A stretch of DNA of 64,000 bases from a virus. Lineage: Duplodnaviria > Caudoviricetes. This document shows, in pieces, positions 18,427-28,650 of this stretch. The position numbers were made by a program, and so were the translations under genes. Location: IMG/VR virus record IMGVR_UViG_3300029305_006500, one strand, 5' to 3'. Below the pieces are notes generated by a model. The model had not been told where the DNA came from, did not search any database, and saw only the letters and a program-made list of their open reading frames with translations. Numbering within the stretch: position 1 is the stretch's first letter; each line of letters starts with the position of its first letter.

Positions 18427-18885
18427 ATGATGTATTTGAGTAAAGCATATTATCGTAAAAGATGTGAGGATAAAGAAGACGAACTACGTGAAGTTCGGAA
18501 AGTAATTAATGAAAAAGATCAAGTTATTAGGTTCCTTTTAGAGGAACCTAATCCTTACAGAATAAAAATAGCACCGGGTGATTGGTGTTGGGTTGGTGAC
18601 AATAGTATTTCAAGAACTCGCCTAGAATATGTAGATGGTCAAGGTGTTTATCATAATTATGTAAAAAATTGGTCTCCAAATAAAATAGAAATTTTAAGTA
18701 CTGATAAAGATACTGCTATTTTGAAGTTATGTACAGAGACTGATAAGCATGTATATTTTATTCTAAATAAAGCTGCTGAGACAACCACTGAGATTTCACA
18801 AGATACTTTAATGAAAATTTGTGACATCGAAGTAGCAAGTTTATTAACTAGTGAAATGAGGAGACTAATTAATCATGGCAAATAA
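18427..18885 (+). CDS. Hypothetical protein
   Basis: GAGG RBS. Confidence 0.7.
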   Translation: MMYLSKAYYRKRCEDKEDELREVRKVINEKDQVIRFLLEEPNPYRIKIAPGDWCWVGDNSISRTRLEYVDGQGVYHNYVKNWSPNKIEILSTDKDTAILKLCTETDKHVYFILNKAAETTTEISQDTLMKICDIEVASLLTSEMRRLINHGK

Positions 18886-19114
18886 AGATATAACTGTTAC
18901 CGCTAACAGCGGAATTGGTGTAAGCACAGTTTTATTTTTGATATTTCTTGTTCTTAAACTTTGTAATGTGATTACATGGTCTTGGTGGTGGGTAACAGCT
19001 CCGCTCTGGATACCTTTTGTTTTATTTTTTACTGCATGTATTATTGTATTTCTTGTGGGTTTTTGTATTGGAGTTATTAGATCTATTGTTAAAATCATGA
19101 AAGGTAGAAAATAA
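18875..19114 (+). CDS. Small membrane protein
   Basis: FLVLKLCNVITWSWWWVTAPLWIP, a common phage membrane family. Confidence 0.8.
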   Translation: MANKDITVTANSGIGVSTVLFLIFLVLKLCNVITWSWWWVTAPLWIPFVLFFTACIIVFLVGFCIGVIRSIVKIMKGRK

Positions 19115-19935
19115 TGGGAAATAGAAAAGATGCTCTTGGAGACCGAATGAAAGAGAACTACGAAAATCGTAGTAAAACATATTTAACTCGCCGTACACCA
19201 TGTATTATTAGACTAGATGGCAAAGCCTGGCACAGCTTTACTAAAGGTTTTAAGCGGCCGTATGATAAGATTTTACATGAAGCCATGAATGATACCGTAA
19301 AGTATTTATGTGCAAATATTCAAGGCTGTAAACTTGGATATACTCAAAGTGATGAGATTACTTTAGTTTTAACTGATTTTGATACAATAACTACTGATGC
19401 TTGGTTTGGGTATTCTGTTCAAAAAATGTGCTCTATTGCAGCTTCTATGGCTACATTAGCTTTTAATAAGGCATTGCAGAAACATAGAGATGAGTTTCTT
19501 AATTCTGTGGCAGCACTTCAAGATTTTGATATAGAAAAAGACTATTTAGTAGCTTTGCAGAAAGCTTTGGATAGAGGTGCACTGTTCGATGCACGTTGCT
19601 TTAGTGTACCAGAATCTGAAATTGTAAATTGTATTTTGTGGAGACAGCAGGATGCTACTAGAAATGCTATTCAAATGCTTGGTCAATGCTATTTTAGTCA
19701 TAAAGAGCTAGATCATAAAAATACAGATATGGTACAAGAAATGCTCTTTACGATAAAGGGTATTAATTTTAATGATATGCCTACTGAGTTTAAACGTGGA
19801 GTTTGTTGCGTTAAAAGAGAAGTTGAGCGTAATGGTGCAATTAGACGCCAGTGGGTTATTGATAGGGAAATTCCTATTTTCTCACAGAGACCCGATTATA
19901 TTCTCAGCGAGGTGTATAAGGAGGCAAATCAGTGA
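19114..19935 (+). CDS. tRNA(His) guanylyltransferase / Thg1-like 3'-5' polymerase
   Basis: RMKENYE, IRLDGKAWHSFT, YTQSDEI, FDAR, WRQQDATRN. Confidence 0.93.
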   Translation: MGNRKDALGDRMKENYENRSKTYLTRRTPCIIRLDGKAWHSFTKGFKRPYDKILHEAMNDTVKYLCANIQGCKLGYTQSDEITLVLTDFDTITTDAWFGYSVQKMCSIAASMATLAFNKALQKHRDEFLNSVAALQDFDIEKDYLVALQKALDRGALFDARCFSVPESEIVNCILWRQQDATRNAIQMLGQCYFSHKELDHKNTDMVQEMLFTIKGINFNDMPTEFKRGVCCVKREVERNGAIRRQWVIDREIPIFSQRPDYILSEVYKEANQ

Positions 19936-20492
19936 ATTTTAAAGAAAGTTTTTTAGAGCTTTGCCAAAAAATCAATCGTCCTGGTATAGTTGAGCTGTGT
20001 ACTTGGCTAGAGGAAAGCGATTTTTATACTGCTCCTGCTAGCACAAGATATCATAGTGCATATGAAGGTGGATTAGTAGCACATTCTGTTACTGTATATA
20101 AAGAGCTTAAGCGTCTTTTAGAGGCTTATCCTGAAATTGCCACAAAAGTAACTGAGGAAAGCATTATTATTGTAGCTTTATTTCATGATCTTTGTAAAGT
20201 AAACTTGTACACAAAAGAAGTAAAGTATCGTAAAGATGATCAGGGTAAATGGGAAACTTATGATGCTTATGTTCATAATGAAAAACTCCATTATGGTGGA
20301 CATGGAAGTAAGTCTGTATTTATTTTACAGAATTTCATTAGACTTTTACCTGAGGAAGCTGTCGCAATAAATTGTCATATGGGAACTTGGGATGGAGAAA
20401 ATAATGTTATCGCCGCAGCTTGGGAGCATTGTTCTTTAGCATGGCTTTTGCATGTTGCAGATGAGAGTGCCACTTTTATTTGTAATACTTAA
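19932..20492 (+). CDS. HD-domain phosphohydrolase
   Basis: FYTAPASTRYH...GGLVAHS...FHDLCK...HG...HMG...LHVAD. Confidence 0.9.
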   Translation: MNFKESFLELCQKINRPGIVELCTWLEESDFYTAPASTRYHSAYEGGLVAHSVTVYKELKRLLEAYPEIATKVTEESIIIVALFHDLCKVNLYTKEVKYRKDDQGKWETYDAYVHNEKLHYGGHGSKSVFILQNFIRLLPEEAVAINCHMGTWDGENNVIAAAWEHCSLAWLLHVADESATFICNT

Positions 20493-20605
20493 AAATTATA
20501 TTAAATTGTCAGTTTATTTTTAAATAACTGGCAATTTTATTTTTATATAAGCTGTATATTATATTGTAAGCAATATAAATAAAAAATATAAAGGAGATTC
20601 TAAAA

Positions 20606-21241
20606 ATGGATATGACAAGTTGCTTTAATGGAATGTTTGGAAAGCTTGGCCCTGGAATGTGTAGACTTACGATGAACGGTAAGATCGCAGTAAAGACTTC
20701 GAGTGGTTATAAGAGCTATAATGTTAAGACAGGTAGATTGACAAACTGCTCAAATTTCGTGTTTAATATTGGCGATGATTTCTTCTTTATTATTCCTACA
20801 AATAAGGTAGATGTCGGCGATATTATTCTGGTTAAGGGCAGACCACAGTGCGTAATTGAAGTCGACAATAAGACCCTTAAGGTTATGAATTACGAGGATA
20901 TGACTATTGACACCATTGTGCCTGAGCGCCATGTTTTTATGGGTAATACATATTTTTATGGCAAGATTGTTAGCCTTATGGGTAGCAATGCCGGTAAAGG
21001 TAAGGATGGAATGAAGCAGATGATGCAGTTCATGATGATGAATCAGATGATGGGTGGCAATAGTAACATCGCTGGCGGAACTATCGGCGGTAATAACAAT
21101 ATGCTCCCTATGATGCTCATGATGAATGGCGGATCTGGAAGTATCTTCGATGGAATGCTTGATGGCATGTTTGACTTTGGTGATTCTGATCCAGAAGCTG
21201 TAGAGGTTGAGGATGAAATTGAAGAGGAGGATGAAGAGTAA
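20606..21241 (+). CDS. Hypothetical protein with Met/Gly/Asn-rich and acidic tail
   Basis: AAGGAG RBS after class-1 promoter 20552-20565; coupled to vWA gene. Confidence 0.8.
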   Translation: MDMTSCFNGMFGKLGPGMCRLTMNGKIAVKTSSGYKSYNVKTGRLTNCSNFVFNIGDDFFFIIPTNKVDVGDIILVKGRPQCVIEVDNKTLKVMNYEDMTIDTIVPERHVFMGNTYFYGKIVSLMGSNAGKGKDGMKQMMQFMMMNQMMGGNSNIAGGTIGGNNNMLPMMLMMNGGSGSIFDGMLDGMFDFGDSDPEAVEVEDEIEEEDEE

Positions 21242-22116
21242 TGGGCGGCGGATCTTGGACAACTTCTTCTTTTGCTTCTTATTCAACTAGCGTTGGCAGA
21301 AGTTATGATGTGAATACTTGCTCTTTTGATAAGAGCTATTCGTCACAGGAGATGTTTAAGCAGAGTATGCTTCATGAGCAGCTTAAGCCTTATAATGTTC
21401 TCCGCGAGTGCGTAGATACTGAAGAGCACCCTAATACTATTCCAGTTATTTTTGGTCTAGATGTAACTGGGTCTATGGGCGATGCGGCAGTTAAATGTGC
21501 GACTGCTATTGATAAGATTATGTCTGAATTGTTTGGAAAGTATAAGGACATTGAGTTTTGCATTATGGGCATTGGAGATCTCGCTTGTGATGATTCACCT
21601 ATTCAGATTTCCCAGTTTGAATCAGATGTGCGTATTGCGGAGTGGATGGATAAAGTTTACTTCGAGTACGGTGGTGGTGGTAATAGTTATGAGTCCTATA
21701 CTGCTGCATGGTACATGGGGTCGAGACACTGTGATCTAGACTGCTGGAAGCGTGGTAAGAAGGGTATTATTATTACGCTGGGCGACGAGCAGCTAAATCC
21801 TTATTTGCCACAGCATAGGTTGCAGGAAGTAACCGGTGATGGTATACAAGCACATATTGAAACTAAAGATCTTTATGAAGAGGCGTCTGAGAAATTTGAA
21901 ATTTTCCATATTGATGTAGATCATCGTTGGAATCATGATACTCAGATTGTGCCTTCTTGGACAAAATATTTGGATAATGAGCATTTTAAAACTGTAAAGC
22001 TCGATAATGTAACAGATACTATTGTAGAGATGATTTCCAGCGTTTTGGATAAGGCATCAGAAGCTACAGGTACTACAAATGTGCAGCTTAATGAAAACGG
22101 AGAGGTAGTTTGGTAA
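21241..22116 (+). CDS. vWA-domain protein
   Basis: MIDAS-like LDVTGSMG, GGGGNSYESY, IITLGDE. Confidence 0.88.
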   Translation: MGGGSWTTSSFASYSTSVGRSYDVNTCSFDKSYSSQEMFKQSMLHEQLKPYNVLRECVDTEEHPNTIPVIFGLDVTGSMGDAAVKCATAIDKIMSELFGKYKDIEFCIMGIGDLACDDSPIQISQFESDVRIAEWMDKVYFEYGGGGNSYESYTAAWYMGSRHCDLDCWKRGKKGIIITLGDEQLNPYLPQHRLQEVTGDGIQAHIETKDLYEEASEKFEIFHIDVDHRWNHDTQIVPSWTKYLDNEHFKTVKLDNVTDTIVEMISSVLDKASEATGTTNVQLNENGEVVW

Positions 22117-22117
22117 T

Positions 22118-23323
22118 ATGACAAACATAAAGGTAGTAATGGGGGCATCTTTTGGAGATGAAGGTAAAGGTTTGATGTCAGATTATTTTTGTCATCAAGC
22201 AGTTTCTAAAGGAGAGGATTGTGTAGTAGTACTTTCTAATGGTGGTGCTCAGAGAGGACATACTGTAACTCTTGCAGATGGGACTCAACATGTATTCCAT
22301 CATTTTGGGTCAGGTACTTTTACTGGTGCGCGTACTTATTGTATTAGTGACTATATCCTTAACCCCATGACCTTTGTGAAGGAGTATCAAGAACTTGCTC
22401 AGCTTGGATATAGACTAAGCGATATGATCATAGAAAGCCGCTGCCGTTGGTCTACCCCATTTGATATGATTACAAATCAAATTCTTGAAGCCTCTCGTGG
22501 AGATGCAAAGCATGGAAGCTGTGGTATGGGCATTTGGGAGACTTCAGTGCGATATCAACGTTTAAAAAATCAGCCTACATTGGAAGAGTTTGATCTTTGG
22601 CCTAGAGATAAGAAGCTAGAATTTCTGAATGATTGTAGAACTTTTATGATTACAAGACTTGCTGAGGAAGGTGTATCTTATATTCCGGATGAGTGGTATG
22701 AAATTGTACATTCTGAAACTCTGCTCCAGCATTTTATAGATGATGTGCGGTTTATGATAAAGCATACGATACCTGCTTTTTTAGTTCCACTTACAAGCTT
22801 TAAAAATATTGTATTTGAAAATGGACAAGGCTTGTTACTTGACCAAGATCTTACTTTTTATGGAAATAATACTACACCGAGTGCCACAGGTTCTACAAAT
22901 GCTATTAAAACTATTAATAAATACTTTAGTAGGCCTTCTGATGAACTTGCTATAGAAATGTGTTATGTGTCTAGAACTTATATGACTAGACATGGGGTAG
23001 GTCGTTTTGAAACTGAGTGCAAAAAAGAGCTTTTGAATAAGGATATGTTTGATGAGACTAACGTTACCAATCCTTTTCAAGATAATTTACGTTATGGAGA
23101 GCTTATTTTGCCTAATCTTGTTACAAGGGTGTCACAGGATTTTAGTCGTGCCTGTGATCTACTTGTGAATAAAAAACATGCTTCTTTAGTTGCTAATGTA
23201 GCAATGACGCATACAAATGAATATGAAGTAGATTATGCAAGAATTAGAGATAAGCTAATTAGTAATATCTATACTTCTAATACTAGAACAAGAGATTCTG
23301 TAAAGTTATTTACCGAATTTTAA
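22118..23323 (+). CDS. Adenylosuccinate synthetase-like protein (divergent PurA)
   Basis: GASFGDEGKG, NGGAQRGHT, GSCGMGI, FENGQGLLLD, RTYMTRHG. Confidence 0.88.
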   Translation: MTNIKVVMGASFGDEGKGLMSDYFCHQAVSKGEDCVVVLSNGGAQRGHTVTLADGTQHVFHHFGSGTFTGARTYCISDYILNPMTFVKEYQELAQLGYRLSDMIIESRCRWSTPFDMITNQILEASRGDAKHGSCGMGIWETSVRYQRLKNQPTLEEFDLWPRDKKLEFLNDCRTFMITRLAEEGVSYIPDEWYEIVHSETLLQHFIDDVRFMIKHTIPAFLVPLTSFKNIVFENGQGLLLDQDLTFYGNNTTPSATGSTNAIKTINKYFSRPSDELAIEMCYVSRTYMTRHGVGRFETECKKELLNKDMFDETNVTNPFQDNLRYGELILPNLVTRVSQDFSRACDLLVNKKHASLVANVAMTHTNEYEVDYARIRDKLISNIYTSNTRTRDSVKLFTEF

Positions 23324-23337
23324 TTTAGGAGGCTTTA

Positions 23338-23742
23338 ATGAGTACATTTGTAAGAGAGAAAGTTTTAAGGATTCCTTATGAAAATACAGGTTGGCAGCAT
23401 AGGTTTTCAGACCCAGAGGCTGCTAAAGAATACTGCGAAGCAAATTTTAGTAATTTATTTGGCCATGGTAAGGTAGGTAAATTTCAGTTTTCACCCACTG
23501 AAAGAACTTTTATTGATTTTGTAATTGATCGAGAATATGATGCAGATGGTGGGGAATGGGGTAAGGTACGTGAGCTCTATCAGACTGAATTTAATACATT
23601 TGCTAGGTTGTTTGCACAGATTATGCCTGCTGCAGAGTTTTCTGCTATTAGAGTTGTGGAGTTTTGCTGGTATAACTGTACAGAGGCAGACGATTATTAT
23701 GAGTATGATGAGGATCCTTTTTACCGAGAGATTATACTATGA
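23338..23742 (+). CDS. Hypothetical protein
   Basis: AGGAGG RBS. Confidence 0.7.
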   Translation: MSTFVREKVLRIPYENTGWQHRFSDPEAAKEYCEANFSNLFGHGKVGKFQFSPTERTFIDFVIDREYDADGGEWGKVRELYQTEFNTFARLFAQIMPAAEFSAIRVVEFCWYNCTEADDYYEYDEDPFYREIIL

Positions 23743-23942
23743 ATATTCTATATTATGATCAATCTGCACCAAAAGATAAACTTTTTGAGGCTGTAAAAAT
23801 TCTCAGAGAGATTTTGGCTTCAGAGTTAATAGTGCTGCCTAAAGACTATGAATTAATTCTTGATTGCCCACTTAGTCGCTTACTTGAAATAAGAGGATTG
23901 CTTGACAAGGCTATTAAGGAGCTTGAAGAGAAAAATTGCTGA
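23739..23942 (+). CDS. Hypothetical protein
   Basis: ATGA coupling, followed by terminator-like hairpin. Confidence 0.65.
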   Translation: MNILYYDQSAPKDKLFEAVKILREILASELIVLPKDYELILDCPLSRLLEIRGLLDKAIKELEEKNC

Positions 23943-24005
23943 GATAGCAATTTTTCTCTTTCTTTTTATTGTATATTATAATAGATTTAAATCGGAGGTT
24001 TTATT

Positions 24006-24710
24006 ATGGTTTATGTTACGGGAGATATACATGGAAACCCGGAGTACCTGATTTATAAAGCGCAATCGCTAGGCTTAAATAGAGACGACATCTTAGTTAT
24101 TTTAGGGGATGTTGGTGCTAATTATTATCTGAATAAAAAAGATGATAGACTAAAAGAAGCGCTGGATAAATATATTGAGGCTACCATTCTTTGTATTCAT
24201 GGAAATCATGAGGAACGCCCTTGGAACGTGGAAGGCTATTATATGGAAACCTGGAATAATGGTCTTATTTGGAAGCAGAAACAGTTTCCTAAACTTTTAT
24301 TTGCTTGCGATGGCAGTGTTTTTGATCTAGATGGGATCAGTTGTCTGGTGCTTGGTGGAGCTTATAGCGTAGATAAGTATTATCGTTTACAATCTGGCTA
24401 TGCATGGTTCCCTGAGGAGCAGCCGTCAGATGAAATCAAAGAAGTAGTAGATTTACAGCTTAATAATATTAATTATAAAGTAGATGCCGTATTTTCACAT
24501 ACTTGTCCATTTAAGTATGAGCCAATTGAGGAATTTATTTCTTGTATAGATCAATCTACGGTGGATGATAGCACAGAGCGTTGGCTTGACGAAATTGAAG
24601 ATAAACTTGAGTATAAAGCTTGGTTTTGTGGGCACTGGCACACGAATAAGCATATAGATAAAATGCACTTCTTATTTGGGGATTGGGAGCTTTTGGAGGA
24701 TATAAGATGA
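24006..24710 (+). CDS. Calcineurin-like metallophosphoesterase
   Basis: GDIHG, LGDVG, HGNHE, SHT, CGHWH. Confidence 0.92.
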   Translation: MVYVTGDIHGNPEYLIYKAQSLGLNRDDILVILGDVGANYYLNKKDDRLKEALDKYIEATILCIHGNHEERPWNVEGYYMETWNNGLIWKQKQFPKLLFACDGSVFDLDGISCLVLGGAYSVDKYYRLQSGYAWFPEEQPSDEIKEVVDLQLNNINYKVDAVFSHTCPFKYEPIEEFISCIDQSTVDDSTERWLDEIEDKLEYKAWFCGHWHTNKHIDKMHFLFGDWELLEDIR

Positions 24711-25633
24711 ATGAAATGTATAATGTAATTGCGGATGTTGATGAACTTAAATGGTTTTTCGATAATGTTTTAGCTAAACCTGCCATACATGAATCTTATG
24801 CAGCAGTTTTTTGTGCACGTTATAAAAAACTTACTGAGTCAGAACGTGCTGAGGTTGGTATTTCCAAGCGAGATGCAGAATTTATGGCTACTCTGACATT
24901 TCGTGTTCGCAAATTTCATAATGCTTTAGATTTTGAGAAAGATGATGGTTGGAATTTTAATAATTTTATAAAATATCTTAAGCGTTTTAACGTGGATAAG
25001 GGTGCTTATTTGACAACTGGTGGCTATCCTCTACCTGAGAAATGTCTTGCTACTATTTTTTATGTTAATCCTTGTGATGAAATTAAAGTAGCAGATGAGG
25101 TAATGCGAAAGCTTGAGGAGACTAAAACTGCTATAGTGAAAGCAATGCTTAATGGCAAGACTCTTGATGATAATATGCAATCCTATCAGGCATTCAGTAA
25201 TATTGAGAGAAATGTAAAACATGCTAGGGCACATTGTAAAGGATCCATTTTTTGGCTCGACTTTGATCTAGATGTGCCTCCATGGTTTAAAGACCAGTCG
25301 AATGATTATTATAATCAGATGCTAAATTGTTTAAACCAAAGATTTGGTCTAGGTAACTATTTAATTATTGATACGTCTGGTGGCTATCATGTGCTTGTTA
25401 AAACTAAATATATACACGAAGATCCTCATAATTTTTGTAAGGATATGCAAGGCCTGTATTGGAGAGCTATTACAGAGGACGGTTGCATGCCTTATATTGA
25501 TGAAAAAGGAACTGAAAAATTTGAGTGTATTGTAAATGACTCGCAAATTCCTGGTATTCCAATGCCTGGTACCTACCAGTATGGCCGGCCAGTAATTATA
25601 TTGAATAAAGAAAATTTTGTGCCTATAGGCTAA
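24707..25633 (+). CDS. Hypothetical protein with AEP (primase-polymerase)-like motifs
   Basis: WLDFDLD, DTSGGYHVLV, IPMPGT. Confidence 0.55.
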   Translation: MNEMYNVIADVDELKWFFDNVLAKPAIHESYAAVFCARYKKLTESERAEVGISKRDAEFMATLTFRVRKFHNALDFEKDDGWNFNNFIKYLKRFNVDKGAYLTTGGYPLPEKCLATIFYVNPCDEIKVADEVMRKLEETKTAIVKAMLNGKTLDDNMQSYQAFSNIERNVKHARAHCKGSIFWLDFDLDVPPWFKDQSNDYYNQMLNCLNQRFGLGNYLIIDTSGGYHVLVKTKYIHEDPHNFCKDMQGLYWRAITEDGCMPYIDEKGTEKFECIVNDSQIPGIPMPGTYQYGRPVIILNKENFVPIG

Positions 25634-25699
25634 ATAGTATATTATGGTGTTGTATATTATAATGTAAATAAAATTTAATTATTTTAGGAGAGAATTAAA

Positions 25700-26065
25700 A
25701 TGAGAAATTATGAAACTTCCGTGTATGAGTACACCAATAAGAAGGGATTGAAGGTCATTAAGGCAGTAACACAGTATGCAGGTAAGTACGTATTTGCTAC
25801 TGCAACTTTGTGCCCTGGAGATGAGTATGACTATGAACTCGGTCGAAAGATTGCGGAAAAACGCCTTGACTATAAGATTGCTCAGAAGCGTGCCTCAAGT
25901 ATGAACCACCGAGCTAAGATGTACGCGCAGACCATTGAAGAGTATAAGACTCAGATTCGTGTAATGGAAAAAGAAATGGAAAAAGCTTTGGTTGCAGAAG
26001 GAAATCGTAGAGCAGAAGCAGCTGAGCTGAGCGCCGAGATTTTTACGCTTATTCACGGAATTTAA
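25700..26065 (+). CDS. Hypothetical protein
   Basis: CPGDEYDYELGRKIA motif; follows class-1 promoter 25650-25663. Confidence 0.75.
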   Translation: MRNYETSVYEYTNKKGLKVIKAVTQYAGKYVFATATLCPGDEYDYELGRKIAEKRLDYKIAQKRASSMNHRAKMYAQTIEEYKTQIRVMEKEMEKALVAEGNRRAEAAELSAEIFTLIHGI

Positions 26066-26271
26066 TGAAGAAAGAAGTTTGGGTATGCTTGGTACATACT
26101 AACGGAAAGCCGTCAGTAATTAGCTCTGACGGCTATTCTTCTCTAAGTAAAGCTCAAGATGCTTTATGCCTAAGACTCTGTAACGAAGGCTATTGGCAAG
26201 ATGAGTTTAATTATGTACAGCAAAATGGCTTAAAACATTATGAACTTAAATGTATTACTTTGGAGGCTTAA
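26065..26271 (+). CDS. Hypothetical protein
   Basis: TAATG coupling. Confidence 0.65.
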   Translation: MKKEVWVCLVHTNGKPSVISSDGYSSLSKAQDALCLRLCNEGYWQDEFNYVQQNGLKHYELKCITLEA

Positions 26272-26273
26272 TA

Positions 26274-26486
26274 ATGGAAGAAAAGCTTTTTAGCAGAACG
26301 TGCCCGAAGTGTGGAGCAATTTGCTCTGAGACACAGATTGCTAAAGTAAATTTAGGTCCTGGGGCACAAGTTAATATGTGTTGTGAGAGCGGCCATAAGT
26401 GGACTGAGTTTTATAGCTTGACTTATCAAGGTTTTTGGTGGGATGGTAAAATGTATAATTCTTTTGGAGAGGAAAAGAATGACTGA
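26274..26486 (+). CDS. Zn-ribbon protein
   Basis: CPKCG...CESGHKW, GGAGG RBS. Confidence 0.7.
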   Translation: MEEKLFSRTCPKCGAICSETQIAKVNLGPGAQVNMCCESGHKWTEFYSLTYQGFWWDGKMYNSFGEEKND

Positions 26487-26709
26487 TCAGGAAGTAATCG
26501 ATCGTTTTGTGACTAAGATTAAAGCTTATTATAGTGCTCCAAGATATACTGATCGTAGAGAGCCTCCACATACTCTTGTGTCCCATTTGTTTTGGGTGCT
26601 AGATAAGTTAGCCAAAGAAGATATTATAAATGAAGAAGTAGACCTTAGGCCAAGAACTCCAGCAGACTATGATAAGTTTATGGAAGAGTTTAATTCATGT
26701 TATAAATAA
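26479..26709 (+). CDS. Hypothetical protein
   Basis: RBS, ATG 26479. Confidence 0.65.
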   Translation: MTDQEVIDRFVTKIKAYYSAPRYTDRREPPHTLVSHLFWVLDKLAKEDIINEEVDLRPRTPADYDKFMEEFNSCYK

Positions 26710-26721
26710 TAGGAGGATTTC

Positions 26722-27441
26722 ATGTACGACGATTTTTTTGATTATAATGAACCAAGCACTGGCGATTTGGTATATGAAGAGATTAAGAAAGTTTTACTTG
26801 GTACTGTAAAGCAAGAATTTCTTGATGAGCTTGAAAAGCTTAGAAAAGAAAATGAAGAGCTTCGACCTTATAAATATGAGCGTGATCGTATGAGAGCGGA
26901 GCTTAATACTGTACGGCGAGATTGTGAACGTCGTATTGAAGCAGCTGAGGATAATGCTAAAAGACTTACTCTTGAAGAGTTGTTTGGTGAATGCATTATT
27001 GAAGCTTGGAAAGTAGGACGTCGTAAGGTTTATGTTCCTAAGTGTGATAAATGTGATGATGAGCGCAAAGTTCATTTTATGTCACCAAGAGGCAAGGAAT
27101 TAACAGAGCCTTGTGAGTGTGATAAGTATAGAACAGTCTTTGAGCCCGTACCTGCCTTGCTGACGAGGTTTAAGATTTATCCTAAATTTCCTATTGTAAA
27201 TCAATTTAGAGATTCTACTTTTGATAAGCCAGTTTATTATTGGTATACTACTCGCTGTGATAACATTACTAATGAATGTGAGTTTCAGATTTCTGATTTT
27301 TCTGATGTAGGAACTAGTCGGACAGTAGATAACCTACCTTTCAAAGACCTTAATGAATGGTATAGCGTATTTCATAGCAAGGAATGCTGTCAAGAGTTTT
27401 GTGATTATTTGGCTAAAAAGGAAGCAGAGAAAACTGTATAA
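26722..27441 (+). CDS. Coiled-coil/Zn-finger hypothetical protein
   Basis: AGGAGG RBS, KCDKCD...CEC. Confidence 0.75.
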   Translation: MYDDFFDYNEPSTGDLVYEEIKKVLLGTVKQEFLDELEKLRKENEELRPYKYERDRMRAELNTVRRDCERRIEAAEDNAKRLTLEELFGECIIEAWKVGRRKVYVPKCDKCDDERKVHFMSPRGKELTEPCECDKYRTVFEPVPALLTRFKIYPKFPIVNQFRDSTFDKPVYYWYTTRCDNITNECEFQISDFSDVGTSRTVDNLPFKDLNEWYSVFHSKECCQEFCDYLAKKEAEKTV

Positions 27442-27494
27442 TAAAAAGAGAGGTATTTGGGATGAACCCAATATAATAGGAGTTATAGTGTAAG

Positions 27495-27923
27495 ATGATT
27501 TTAAGAATTACTGTTGGAGATAACGATTTTACTCAAGAGCTTGAACAGTTTGCTAATGATCCTGAAGGCTCTGCTTACTTATTAAAAGCCTGTAAGCTTG
27601 AGAATAAAGAGCTTACACAAGATGAAAAGATTGAATTATTTAAACGTGCAGATAGATTTAGAGACTTATTTTACATGACAGATAAGTACACTCCTGAACT
27701 TGCTAAAGAGCTTTGTGACATGCTGCAGCAAAATTGGGAGAACTTTGTAAATTATATTATGTGTGATCATGACTATTGGGATGAAGAGGATAAAGTCAGA
27801 ATTCGCAAGTATCTTATTCGTGATTTTAAAGTAAAGTTCCAAAAGAGTCTTACCCCAAAAGATGAAAATGGTGAGGTAGTATATATTTGTTGTGGATATC
27901 ATAGAAGGTGGTGGACATTTTAA
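27495..27923 (+). CDS. Hypothetical protein
   Basis: AGGAG RBS. Confidence 0.7.
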   Translation: MILRITVGDNDFTQELEQFANDPEGSAYLLKACKLENKELTQDEKIELFKRADRFRDLFYMTDKYTPELAKELCDMLQQNWENFVNYIMCDHDYWDEEDKVRIRKYLIRDFKVKFQKSLTPKDENGEVVYICCGYHRRWWTF

Positions 27924-28372
27924 TGAAAAATATAACACCTGAATTTACTTGGAAAGTAAAACTTTTTGATGTAAATAGCCATAAGATTATTGATTATGAT
28001 ATTTTAGAATACCGAGAAGAAAAAATTAAAAAATTTAAAAAAACGTATAAAACTTTTGAAGCTTTTGCAGATGCTCTTCAGAGAGACCTAATGCATCAGT
28101 TTTGGTCTAGATCTGAATACGAGCTTTTGATAGGCTATGAGGACAGTATGCTTTGCTTATGGCCTTGGATCTTTGAAGCAGATCGATATATTATTCCAAA
28201 AGACCCCGATTTTGATTGGACAGCTTTTGCAGCAGAATTTTTAAGTACAAAAGCTTGGTATGACGGAAAAGCAAAGATTGATGTTTGGGATCAAATTAAT
28301 TTTAGATTTGGTGAGTTTGCAAGATTTTGTTGGCATTTTCGACATAAATATCAAAGGAGTGCTAAACAGTGA
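27923..28372 (+). CDS. Hypothetical protein
   Basis: FWSRSEYE...KIDVWDQI motif, TAATG coupling. Confidence 0.7.
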   Translation: MKNITPEFTWKVKLFDVNSHKIIDYDILEYREEKIKKFKKTYKTFEAFADALQRDLMHQFWSRSEYELLIGYEDSMLCLWPWIFEADRYIIPKDPDFDWTAFAAEFLSTKAWYDGKAKIDVWDQINFRFGEFARFCWHFRHKYQRSAKQ

Positions 28373-28650
28373 GTTGTAGATTTTGTGAAAACAATAGAAC
28401 AAATCCTGAATGGGAGCTTGACGAAGAACAAGTATTTTATGCCATGACAGTTGGCATGACTGAAGATGGCTACAGAATTATGTATAACAAAAAACCCTAT
28501 AGACCACTTGAACTAATTTTTGAGAAGTGGAACAGTAAACTTAGCCCTACAGTTTGGCAGACTATGGGAGTTTATTATCCTAAGTATTGTCCTGAGTGTG
28601 GAAGAAAAATTGATGAGTATGATAGGAGCAAGTTTGACAACTATGGCTAA
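28369..28650 (+). CDS. Zn-binding hypothetical protein
   Basis: CRFC...YCPECGRK. Confidence 0.7.
   Translation: MSCRFCENNRTNPEWELDEEQVFYAMTVGMTEDGYRIMYNKKPYRPLELIFEKWNSKLSPTVWQTMGVYYPKYCPECGRKIDEYDRSKFDNYG

Noticed and set aside
22118-23323. PurZ / Z-genome pathway
   Set aside because: Retains the Asp of GDEGKG (PurZ has Ser there); the nearby HD protein is not recognisably DatZ
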